From Marsupella aquatica (Eukaryota > Plantae > Marchantiophyta), in NCBI GenBank assembly GCA_973895155.1, contig OZ316898.1, forward strand, positions 3,968,480 through 4,032,479: a stretch of 64,000 nt of DNA, written 5' to 3'. The notes below the pieces were generated by a model. It ran no database searches and had not been told where the DNA came from. It worked only from the letters and a program-made list of their open reading frames with translations. This document shows, in pieces, positions 37,560 to 48,957 of the stretch (its first letter is position 1; every line of letters begins with the position of its first letter). Both the position numbers and the translations under genes were made by a program.

Positions 37560-38040
37560 TTCTAGTACCTACTTGATAATAAATACTCATAGTACCTATT
37601 ACATAATACTTAGTCAAGTATTAAATACCTTAAGTACCAGTACTGGTTACGTATGTACCAAGTACTCAGTACCATAAGTATGCAGTACCAACTTAAGTAC
37701 CTTAAGTACCAAATACTCAGTACTTTGAGTACCTAGTACTCAATACCGAGTACTCAATACATAATACCAGGTACCTTAAGTACCTAGTACTCAGTACCTA
37801 AAGTACATAGTACCTTGAGTGCATAGTACCAAGTACATTAAGTACCCAGTACTCAGTACCTAGTACTCAGTACCTTAAGTACTCAGTACCTTAAGTACCT
37901 AGTACTCAGTACCCTGAGTATCAAGTACTTAGTACCTTGAGTACCTAGTACTTAATACCGAGCTCAATACGTTGAGTACCTGGTACTCAAGACCTGGCTT
38001 TAGTACTCAGTACTTGCAGTCCGACCCAATCCTCAATACT
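37560..38040. repeat. AGTAC/AGTACT micro-repeat array downstream of the Sola2 transposase
   Basis: Dozens of AGTAC(C/T) units (AGTACTCAGTACCTTAAGTACCT...). Confidence 0.9.
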
Positions 38041-39463
38041 ATAGCCTAGGCTAATAGTTTTATACTGAGTGTTTGATGTAGTGGGTGTTGTGAGACTAGT
38101 AGCTATATTTATTATATAGTGATATAATGAGTCTCTCTTTGTTGCCTAGAGGCACGACAACCACTACCCTTGTTTGGCTAGATATAGATATAATTTATCA
38201 TAAATTTTAGTCATGTGAGTTGTGGCTAGCAAATTAGCTAGTTGAGTAGTGGCCACAGGACCATTGTGTCTTCGTTCAGCAGCATTTTGTGATCATGCTT
38301 CCGTTTCAGAATTAGCTTGAAACGCAAATTGAACCTTGTCTATCAAATCTATAAAAGTTCTCATCAAATGCCAATGGATGTCCATATTCTTCTCTGTTGC
38401 CTTCCTGGACCTCTGGTGCAACTTTAATTATCTCAATTTGGTGGTCACCTTAGTCTGTTCCTCCTGTTTGGTGTAGTGCATTAGTTCCCAGAACTTTGCA
38501 AAGGGAAGCAAATTTTAGCTCTCAACCTCCATCCAGATCTTATTTTACCCCCATGCATGTTATAGCATACTGTTACTTTTCCTAAATTAAGCATTCGTCC
38601 ATTCATGGACCCAGGTTATTCACAGTTCATGTTGTCTTTTGAGATCTGCCTTAGTTTGATTTCTTTATTTCAATCATCAAAGGAGGAGCATGATTAATTG
38701 TTTCACAGTACCAGTATGTACACTCATTCAGTTTTTTCGTAAGTGAGTGTACATACTGAGATCACTATGAGCATCAATGGCATTTTCTATTCCAAGGCAA
38801 ATGATTGCTATGAAGGGTTCACTTTCTAAGGTTTCTCACAATAACTAATTGTGCTAACATCTACATTATGATCCAAACAACAACCTGGATATAGGTTGAA
38901 AGCTTGGCATTGTTGAAGGCCAACATTTGGACTATAAACAAAAATTAAACTCATTCATTGTTTCTTCATAAACACGAGTCACAAACACTTGCTCAGTTTA
39001 TTTACAGTGCAAGTCCTGTTGCTTTCAATAGTAAATGCAATACCATGCGGATTACAAAATTGACTGTAACAAATCCATGTAATCCATTGAACTGTTTGGC
39101 CTGTAGAATTCAGTTCACTTTTCCGCGATTAAAAAAACTACTCTAGCAATTGTCAAGTAGGCAACTCTATTTCTCTATAGTTTCCAATACATCAAGATTT
39201 GTACAAAATGAGACATCTTGTAGTCACTCAATTTATTTATGCAAGCTAGACTTTAGCTTTGTACAGTAAATCAAGTACTCACAGGATACAAAATTGATTG
39301 ATTGTAATTAATCCAAGCAGAGGTAGAAAGAACCACACTAAACTGTTGGGGCCTGTAGAAAAATCTGGCCACAAAATCCGTATGCAAAAACACTACTGCA
39401 AAAATTGCAGCTCTATATATGTCTCTACAATTCCCAAAACATTCTCCTCAGATCACCTCATTC

Positions 39464-40094
39464 CTAATCTAAACCTTGATGGCGAAGTGCGACTAAAATA
39501 CCCTCCAATTGGTCCAAAAGGACAGATCCTCTTGGTACGAGGGATCGTTCCACATTGGTGGACCTTGGGTGGGATCTAGAAACTGTCACATTGAGAGGCC
39601 AGGGGACCCAACTATGGGTAGGAACCCCAAGGAGAGACAAAATTTCCACTGATAGTACCCCATCTTTTGCAGCCAAGGCCACTGAGCACCTTCGACACTG
39701 CAAGGCAACAGCCCGGATATATGTAGTCCATCTGCTCCTGTTCGGTGCAAGCTCGTAGGTCTGAAGCTCCTAGCCCCAACCAGACTGAAGTGCTATCCCG
39801 AATCTCAGCACGAATGGGGGTTGCCTGCTTAAACACCGCATCAACAATCACAACTTCAAAACCATATGTATCAACGCCCTCCCCTGCATGGCCACACACC
39901 TGCCGGCCGAGCTCCTTTGATGTGCCACAAATGCCTCCATGTCCTAGCCGATGTGAGCATGCTTTATAAATAAAGCGCCAAGGATGGGGGAAGGTTCAAG
40001 AATGAAAGTTCACAATATGAACCATGACATCTCGAAATGAAGCAGACTGCCCTACTTCCACGACCTGCTCAACTTCTGTTACAGGAGTCCCCAT
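39464..40094 (-). pseudogene. RPA70 DBD-C-like OB-fold/Zn-finger protein (ssDNA-binding), one stop and one frameshift
   Basis: MGTPVTEVEQ...FRDVMVHIVNFHS*TFPHPWRFIYKACSH..GICG...VCGH...YGFEVVIVD...LGLGASDL matches the Y.AC...C...C..(C/H)...Y...V.D...LG..A.EL pattern of Rep_fac-A_C. TGA at 39998-39996; frameshift near 39715. Confidence 0.6.
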
Positions 40095-40229
40095 TCTTCT
40101 GCGTCAACAAGATCCTGCAAAACTACAAGTCCAATACTCAAATCAATACTCAAGGATTCCCGATGGATATTCAATGACAAAACCTTGCTTGCACTACCAC
40201 AACATGACACACAATCCTCAAGGGATTAC

Positions 40230-40640
40230 ACTACTACTCAAAGGTATTGAACTAATACTCGCAGGAATTTGAAACAATACTCAAACGCGTTTACATAATA
40301 CTCAAAGGTATTTACATAATACTAAAGGTATTTACATAATACTCAAAGGTATTTACATAATACTACAAGGTATTTACATAATACTACACGGTATTGTGAC
40401 AATACTACAAGGTATTATGATAATAATACACGGTATTGTGATAATACTCAATGGTATTAAGATAATACTCAACGGTATTGAGATAATAGTACTTGAGGTA
40501 TTATGAAAATACCAGGGGAAATTGACTAACACCTGAAACTCTTATAGTAATACCTTATTGTATTAGACTAATACCCGAAGGTACTAAACTAATACTTGGT
40601 ATTAGAGTAACAGTCACAGGTACCAGGTAAATACTCTGTG
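40230..40640. repeat. (A)TAATACT / GGTATT tandem array (~22-bp unit GGTATTTACATAATACTCAAA)
   Basis: Directly visible; the unit contains the inverted pair GTATT...AATAC. Confidence 0.9.
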
Positions 40641-43132
40641 ACATGAAAGCACAGCCAGAGAAATTACCTGAGTCTGGTAGTGCATGTAAAGTGAGTATTC
40701 AAATCTACATAATATGCATGTATGAAGTGAGTGAACCCTAAACCAAATAAACCTGTGACAATACATAGAAATTGACTGGTACAAAGGATGAGCAATAGGA
40801 GAGTAAGAAAATTTACCATCGATGCATCCACATTGGGTATCTAGACAGACATCTAGGGTTCATGAATGCACAGAGGCAGACGACAATGTCAACATAGTAG
40901 TCCTATTTAAATTACCCAGCCTCACCTATTACAATTTCCTAGCTGATCCACGACCTCTTCCTCGTCCTTTGACAGGTGGTTTAACCTTTTCAACTGACTT
41001 TAAGGCAACATTACCACCCTTGTCATGAGCAGGATCCAATCCTAGACTGGTAGCAGCACCCCTTAACTTCCCTTTAGCTTGAGAGGAGCTTGTGCCATTC
41101 TTCTCCTCTGCCTTTTGCTTTTTGCTACTCCCCTTACAAGACTCAGAGCCAGGCTCAGAGTCATTAGAGACATTCTCCACCTGAGTGACCGAACCAGGTT
41201 CTGGAGCAGCACCCTTTTCGACCTTCACAATTGATAGATTCACCTCGCCCTTGGACTCCGGGGCTGAAGTCTGCGTTTGAACTAGAGTAGGAACTGACTT
41301 GATGTCAACTTTTGAGACCCTCAACAACTCATGGTGTACATGTGCAGCTTTACCAACAGCCTCATGATATTCGATAGACTTCTTCACACTTTCCTGCAGC
41401 GCAAAACAATCTCCCACAATTAGCAATTGACCAATATCCCCGCTAATACCAATGTACGACAAAGCCAGATCATACTATGCCAACAACTCGAGCGACCAGG
41501 TTTAGTGATATACCTTTGAATATAACTTGGTCACTTTCTTGTGCTTCAAGGCTTGATTCTCCCTCCTTCCCTTTAAATTCAAGGCATTCTTGCAATACAG
41601 ATCACTAAGGCTCTTTTGAAAAGAGATAGATTGTTCTTCCAAACCCCAATCATCTGCTAGCTTCACTACATCTGGATGGTCCACTCGGGATGAGCCCCAA
41701 CACTTCAGCCAGGCTGGATGAAACACTTCAGCACAGGCTAAACACTTAGGAGGTTTACTGTCACCATTTCGAAGCAACGGGAACAAACAACTAGTTGGAT
41801 GATAGCAATGTCCACACGATGTGGGAATCCAATTGTTACAAAAGAAGCCAAGAGAGCAAACAGGGCATTCGCTTATGGGAAAATAAGCCTCCTCTGTCTG
41901 CGCAGGACAAATGATACTATTAGGGCATACATACATTGCATGAGAGGTATTCAAGTGCTCCTTTAGTCTTGTGCACTCTATATTGAGAGCATCATAGGAC
42001 TTTACAGTCAATTTGTATGCTGTATGATCTAGCTTGTGCAAGGTCTGTTTCCCATACTCCTGTTCCTCATCCAACTTATTCAACTCTTTCATAAGAACTT
42101 GAGCATCTGCGACTACATCAATGTGCTTCTGCTTTGAAGCAGCCAAGTTTGCTTGCAGTATATTTGTTTCATTGCAACACGAGACATATTTTTCTCGCAA
42201 CCCTTTGCGAAGTGCTTGCACAAGTCCCGGCCAACACAACAGGATTGTTATAAGCAACTGAAAATCACATTCAACAAAGATAATATGAAAACAAATGTAG
42301 CTTTAAACAAAATGAGATCATTTACCTCGTCCTCAAAATGCTCTTCGTCAGGATCTTGCAGCAGTTCAAAATCCTTAGATACTTGAGCTTGCTCTTTGAC
42401 CTGAGCATGGATGCGTTGCTGTACATCGTGGATGATATCAGTGAGTTCATTCTTTTGCACTTTCAACCTTGACAATGTCATTGGAATTGAGGTGATTCGA
42501 TCAGTAGCCTCATTCTGAGCTGCTGTGAATTAAATGGCATCTTGTGTAGACTTCTGCATTTCAGGGCCAAGCTCTGCAAGACTAGCCTCCACTACCTCCA
42601 ACATTGTTTCAAGAAGTGTATTCTTCTGGTGTGGAACTGGCGTGCCAGTAGTGGCTCCAGTGCAAAGTTTTTTGGTTTGAGCTTCTGGAAAACCTATGAA
42701 ACTATTTTCTGGTGACATTTCATGATTCGGACCACCTACCTGAGAAAGGGACTCACCTTGCTCTTGCTCATTTGCCTCTAGTCCTAACACCGTAACTGGA
42801 GATATTGTATCTTGCTGCAATTGGTTCATGTTTTGCGGGAAGTTTTGACTACTCGAATGAGGACCCGAGGCTTTGGGTGACTTGAGCTCTAGGTTTGCCG
42901 GTTTCTCCCCCCCAGGTGATTGACAATGTGCTCCACTCGCAACGGACTATATTCTATTGAAGAGGTCTAGAGGAGGGATATACTTTGTCTCAATCCTCTT
43001 CCACGGTGGCAAGTTTCTATCGATTGGAGACTTCCTTACAAACCTCAACCGAAGCTGCCCTCTATGCTTGTCTGCACCACAAGCTGCCCAATTCACAGGT
43101 CTTTTTAAGATCTGCTCATAGTATAAACCTTT

Positions 43133-43589
43133 TGTTGGGTATTTACTCTTACGTCTAGGTTAGGTATGACGTGGTTGGTACAACAACGTGGGTTGGTACA
43201 ACTACGTGGTTAGGTACAACTATGTGGTTAGGTACAACTATGTGGTTAGGTACAACTATGTGGTTAGGTACAACTACGTGATTAGGTACAACTATGTGGT
43301 TAGGTACAACTATGTGGTTAGGTACAACTAAGTTGCACACTATATCATAAGAGGCATGTGTGCTTGGAGAGGTAGAACCAAGGCTCATTGTTATGGAGCC
43401 ACTTGAGAGATAGGGAGAGCTTACACTGTGGAGACTCGGTATAGCCGACGGGCTTAGAGTTCAGTAAAGTTCTCTTGTGTGTTCCCGTGGACGTAGCCTC
43501 AAGGAGGTGAACCACGTATCTCTTGTGTCGACTATTGTGCGTTGGATGGTTCATGGGCTTGCCGTTGCGATCGTCGTCTATGCTCAACA
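43133..43589 (+). repeat. 5' LTR (457 bp) with 9 copies of an 18-bp unit GGTTAGGTACAACTATGT
   Basis: Direct repeat of 48483-48957. Confidence 0.97.
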
Positions 43590-43591
43590 AT

Positions 43592-43603
43592 TGGTATCAG
43601 AGC
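43592..43603 (+). promoter_or_regulatory. Primer binding site (tRNA-iMet)
   Basis: TGGTATCAGAGC 2 nt after the 5' LTR. Confidence 0.95.
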
Positions 43604-44013
43604 ATGCTTGGGAGGTGACGTGTGTTCGTGACGGGATTTCATGACGGTTTTTCCAGCGTTGAGTGTTGGTGGATTTTCCAGAGTTCCATCGCATGGAACT
43701 TGGAGTTTATGGGCTCAACGGATAGATCAGGGCAAGAGCTTTCTAACGGTGTGAAGAAATCGTTGAACGGAGCTCGTGGTGCAGAGAGATCTAAGTTTTC
43801 GTCGTTCTGGATTTTGTGAAGAAAGTTGGCAATCGACTCGGAGGGAGAAGCGTCAAGTGTTTTGACTCAACGGAGAGATTGAGGCAAGACGATTGTTTTT
43901 GAGTCCGGGATTGGCTCTTTGATGCAAAGAGGAAGGCTAAGCAAAATCAATTACCTTGTTGGACTTGGTGACGGCACCAAGTGCAATTGATCAACATTCG
44001 TTGTTGACAAGAC

Positions 44014-47000
44014 GTGGAACTTGAAGCACGAGGATCACCGCGGAGGTTTCAGGGGCAGAGAGAGGAGCAGGAGGAAGAGCACGTGACACCGATACCATCA
44101 CCGGTGCGGCGTGTGGTGGAGGAAGCAGTACTACTACCGGAGCTCACGGTAAAGAAGAAGATGGGGACTTTCAAGCTTGGGGGACCCAAGTATGAAGTGA
44201 CAAAGTATGATGGGCGCTCTGACTACTTGCTATGGGAGAAGCAAGTGAAGGGAGTGCTTTATGCGTCAGGGATGGGCCAACTGCTGAGCCCTCGTGAAGA
44301 CGATGTTGATGAGAAACAATGGGACCGCATGCAGGAGCAGGGAGTGTGGTGTGTTACACTCTATCTCATGCCTCCCATCATCAAGCAGTTAGGTGCACAT
44401 AAGGATTGCATGTCCTTGTTTGCGGAATTGCAGAGCAAGTATCACCGCAAGGAGTTGTCAAACCGGCTCTACACTTCCTACAAACTGATGAGTTTCAGGA
44501 TGAAGGAATCTGGTACGAAGTTGCAAGACCATGTGGATGCTTTCAACGACATGGTCGTTGACTTGGAAAACCTTGGGGAGACTTTGAATGATGAGACGAA
44601 GGCTCTGCAGCTTCTTAGTTCATTGCCTCCATCTTACCAGTCCCTATCACGAGTGTTGTTGCATCGTGATAGGGATACCATTTCATACAATGACGTGGTA
44701 AGTTCTCTGCTTAGTGATGATCTTCAGCAGAAGATGCACATCACGTCACAGCCTTCATCATCTGGTGTTGCCCTCAATGTTAACCGTGGGAGGAGTATGC
44801 AGCGACCAACTGGGGACCGTAGAACCCAGTTTAGATCTAAATCCAGATCTAAGTCCAAGGGTAAATCCCCTCAGAGGAGGCAGGTGACATGTTGGAAGTG
44901 CAACCAAGTTGGACACTTCAAGCGAGACTGTAAGGGAAAGGCAGCGGAAACTTCATCGGCAAATGTGGCTAGGGCTGATGGAGAAGCTGATTTACTCAAT
45001 GATGAGTATGTTTTATGAAGCCGGGGGTATGCCCTGTGCACGTCATCTAGGAGAGCAGATGATGTGTGGATTCTTGATTGTGCTTGCTCTTTTCATATTT
45101 GTTACATTCGTGAGTTTTTCAGTTCTTACTCTGTTTCAAACGGTTCAGTTCTGATGGGAAATGATCACTCCTGTCAAATTGAGGGAATTGGGTCTGTGAA
45201 GATTCAAATGTTTGATGGCGCTATGCGCATAGTGTCCGGAGTCAGGTATGTACCTGGCATGCGTAAGAATCTGATTTCACTCGGTGTGTTGGATTCAAAT
45301 GGTCATCAATGGAGCGTTATTGATGGTGAACTTCAAGTCAGGTCGGGAGAGACAGTGATTTTGAAGGGGAGTAGACAAAAGAATTTGTATGTGTTACAGG
45401 GCAATACTGTATGTGGAGAGGCCAATGTAACCAAGTCTCACGAGGAGATGACTCAACTGTGGCATTCACGGCTAGGCCACATGAGTGAGAAGGGTTTGGC
45501 TATCTTACGGAAGAATGGACTCATTTCTGATTTGCAATCTTGTAAATTAGAGTTTTGTGAGCATTGCATTCTTGGAAAGCAGCATCGTCGTGCTTTTGGT
45601 GTTGGAACTCATCGTTCCAAAGCGGTTCTTGAGTACATACATAGTGACGTGTGGGGTCCATCCCCGACTCCCTCACACTCTGGAAAGTTGTACTATGTAT
45701 CATTTATTGATGATTACTCAAGATTTGTGTGGATTTATTTCATGACGCATAAGTCTGATGTCTTGTCCATTTTTAAGAAGTGGAAGGCCCAGGTGGAGAA
45801 TCAGACTGGAAACACGATCAAGTGTTTGGATACAAGGGTGAAGAGTCTGAGGTCAGACAACGGCGGGGAGTACACTTCAATGGAATTTGAAGAGTACTGT
45901 TCAGAACAGGGGATAACTCGCCATCTCACCACAGTTTATACTCCGCAGCAGAATGGTGTCGCTGAGAGGCTCAATCGGACACTGTTGGAGCGGTCACGGA
46001 GTATGTTGAGCCAATCAGGTTTACCACAAGAATTTTGGGCAGAAGCTGTCAATACCGCAGCTTATTTGGTAAATCTTTCTCCTTCTAGTGCTATCAATTT
46101 CAAAACGCCGTTTGAGATGCACTATAAGCGGCAAGCAGACTATCATGGCTTGGTAATTTTTGGAAGTGATGCATATGCTCTCACACCAAAGCAGAATAGG
46201 ACCAAGTTGGATCCTACCTCCAGGAAATGTGTTTTTCTTGGGTACCAGAGTGGTGTGAAAGCCTATAGGCTATGGGATCCTATTGCCTGTAAGCTCGTTG
46301 TCAGTAGGGATGTTTCCTTCAATGAATCCAGATTATTGAAGGAGGGGGAGAATACTCAGGTCTCCCGTACTGACAAAGGAAAATCTCCTATCCCGGATCT
46401 CGTTGAGGGGGAGATTGGTTATGAGATGCATGACCGGAGAGAAGGAGTTGCTCCAATTATGGAGCTGGTTCCTATGCCAGAGGAACCAGAGGAGTTTGTT
46501 GATGCTGGTGAGCAACAAGTGGATGCTGTTGAGCTTCAAATTGTACCAGCACACGCAGATCAACCGGAGTCATCGACTAGAAGAACATCTGGTCGCACTG
46601 TACACGCTCCATCAAGGTATGGACAGTGGGTTGATTCATCTCAACTGCAAGAGGATGATTTTACAGCTGATGATGAGGGTGATGCGTTAATTTTGGAAGA
46701 AGGAGAACCTTCTTCATTTCATGAGGCAAGTGCTTCAAAAGAGAAGCAGAAGTGAACTGCAGCAATGCAAACGGAGATGCAGTCACTAAAGGACAACAAA
46801 ACTTGGGAGCTTGTTAAGCTGCCTAAGGGTCAGCAAGTGGTGGACAACAAGTGGATTTACAAGCTGAAGGATAATTCCATAGGAGGTGGATCGAAGGTCT
46901 ACAAGGCTAGATTGGTAGCAAAGGGATTCACACAAGAGAAAGGTGTGGATTATAATGAGGTCTTCTCACCAGTTGCTAAGTACTCTACAATACGACTATT

Positions 47001-48291
47001 GTGTGTACTTGTTGTAATGTTTGGTCTGCTCCTAGATCAGATGGATGTTGTCACAGCTTTCCTCTATGGCACATTGGAAGAGGTGATCTTCATGAGACAA
47101 CCGCTAGGTTTTGTGAAGAGAGGACAGGAGGAATTGGTTTGCAGATTGCTGAAATCCTTGTATGGGTTGAAGCAGTCACCAAGACAGTGGAACAAGCGGT
47201 TTGACGATTGGATTCGGTCACAAGGTTTTCACAGAAGTGTATTTGACCCTTGTGTGTATTTGAAACCGGTGAAGAATGTTGTCTTTGGGTTCATTGTTTT
47301 AGTACTTTATGTGGATGACATGCTAATTGCAGCCAAGGATAGGTCTGAGATTGTTAAGCTCAAGGCACTGCTTAGTGCAGAGTTTAAGATGAAGGACTTA
47401 GGGCCAGCTAAGAGGATTTTGGGTATGGAGATCACTAGGGACTTGGAGGCTGGCAAGCTATGGTTGACGCAGAGCAGTTATGCGAGGAAGGTAATTGCAA
47501 GGTTCAACATGGAGAATAGCAAGCCAGTAAGTACCCCGTTGGCTCCACACTTCAAGTTATCATCAGCGTTCTGTCCTACGGATGACACAGAGAAGGGGTT
47601 GATGTCAAAGGTTCCATATGACAAGGCAGTGGGGAGTCTCATGTATTTGATGACTTGCACTAGACCTGATCTTGCCATGGCTATGGGCAAGGTGAGCAGG
47701 TACATGTCGAATCCAGGGAAGGTACACTGGGAAGCAGTGAAGTGGATTATCAGGTACTTGAAGGGTACCGTGGATCATGGTCTTTTATTTGATGCGAATG
47801 CAAAGAATGCTAGATCATTGATTGGCTATGTAGATTCTGACTATGGACAAGATTTGGACCGAAGGAGATCAACAACAGGATACGTGTTCACACTTGGCGG
47901 TGGATGCATAAGTTGGAGGTCTACTTTGCAGAAGTGTATTGCTCAGTCTACTACAGAAGCGGAGTATGTTGCAGCTGCGGAAGCAGCAAAGGAAGCGATT
48001 TGGTTGGATAGACTTATCACTGAAATGGGATTGCCACAGGGGAATGTGAAGCTCCATTGTGATAGTCAAAGTGCGCTCCACCTTGCTGTGAACCAGGTGA
48101 TGGACAGTAGAGTGAAGCACATTGACGTCAGGTACCATTTTATCAGGCAGGCTGTGTCTGATAATTTGTTTGAGCTAGTCAAGATTGATGGTAAACTCAA
48201 CCCGGCTGACGCATTTACCAAAGTGATTCCTTTGGAGAGTTTCTCTAGACACCGTGACGTATTGCAGGTTTTGCAATTGCATCACAAGTAG
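44014..48291 (+). CDS. Copia gag-pol polyprotein in a single frame with two in-frame TGA codons (45016, 46753)
   Basis: Gag with knuckle CWKCNQVGHFKRDC; protease WILDCACSFH; GAG-pre-integrase WHSRLGH..CEHC; IN HSDVWGP/LRSDNGGEY/QQNGVAER; RT YKARLVAKG/LYVDDML; RNase H DSD, TEAEY, CDSQSA. Confidence 0.93.
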
Positions 48292-48471
48292 AGTTTTCTT
48301 AAACATTCATTGTAATTACTGATATATGCTCTTCCTCATTCCTATGTATTAGGCTACGGCTTAGTTCTGGTTTGCTCTAGTTAGAGAGGGAAACCGGTTT
48401 GGTTTCTGTCCAGAACTTCCCGCTGAGGGATCATATACATTGGCAGTATTACTCTCCCCTAGACCAGAGTC

Positions 48472-48482
48472 AAGGGGAAGAT
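48472..48482 (+). promoter_or_regulatory. Polypurine tract
   Basis: AAGGGGAAGAT immediately before the 3' LTR. Confidence 0.85.
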
Positions 48483-48957
48483 TGTTGGGTATTTACTCTT
48501 ACGTCTAGGTTAGGTATGACGTGGTTGGTACAACAACGTGGGTTGGTACAACTACGTGGTTAGGTACAACTATGTGATTAGGTACAACTATGTGGTTAGG
48601 TACAACTACGTGATTAGGTACAACTATGTGGTTAGGTACAACTACGTGATTAGGTACAACTATGTGGTTAGGTACAACTATGTGGTTAGGTACAACTAAG
48701 TTGCACACTATATCATAAGAGGCATGTGTGCTTGGAGAGGTAGAACCAAGGCTCATTGTTATGGAGCCACTTGAGAGATAGGGAGAGCTTACACTGTGGA
48801 GACTCGGTATAGCCGACGGGCTTAGAGTTCAGTAAAGTTCTCTTGTGTGTTCCCGTGGACGTAGCCTCAAGGAGGTGAACCACGTATCTCTTGTGTCGAC
48901 TATTGTGCGTTGGATGGTTCATGGGCTTGCCGTTGCGATCGTCGTCTATGCTCAACA
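48483..48957 (+). repeat. 3' LTR (475 bp) with 10 copies of the 18-bp unit
   Basis: Essentially identical to the 5' LTR apart from the array. Confidence 0.97.

Larger units (their letters stand above)
43133..48957 (+). mobile_element. Full-length Ty1/copia LTR retrotransposon
   Basis: TG...CA LTRs 43133-43589 and 48483-48957; TSD CCTTT at 43128-43132 and 48958-48962; PBS, PPT and gag-PR-IN-RT-RH order. Confidence 0.98.

Noticed and set aside
43155-43388. ORFs with (VVPNHI)n repeats here and at 48505-48756; CRISPR-like look
   Set aside because: Antisense translation of the 18-bp LTR tandem array; there are no unique spacers.
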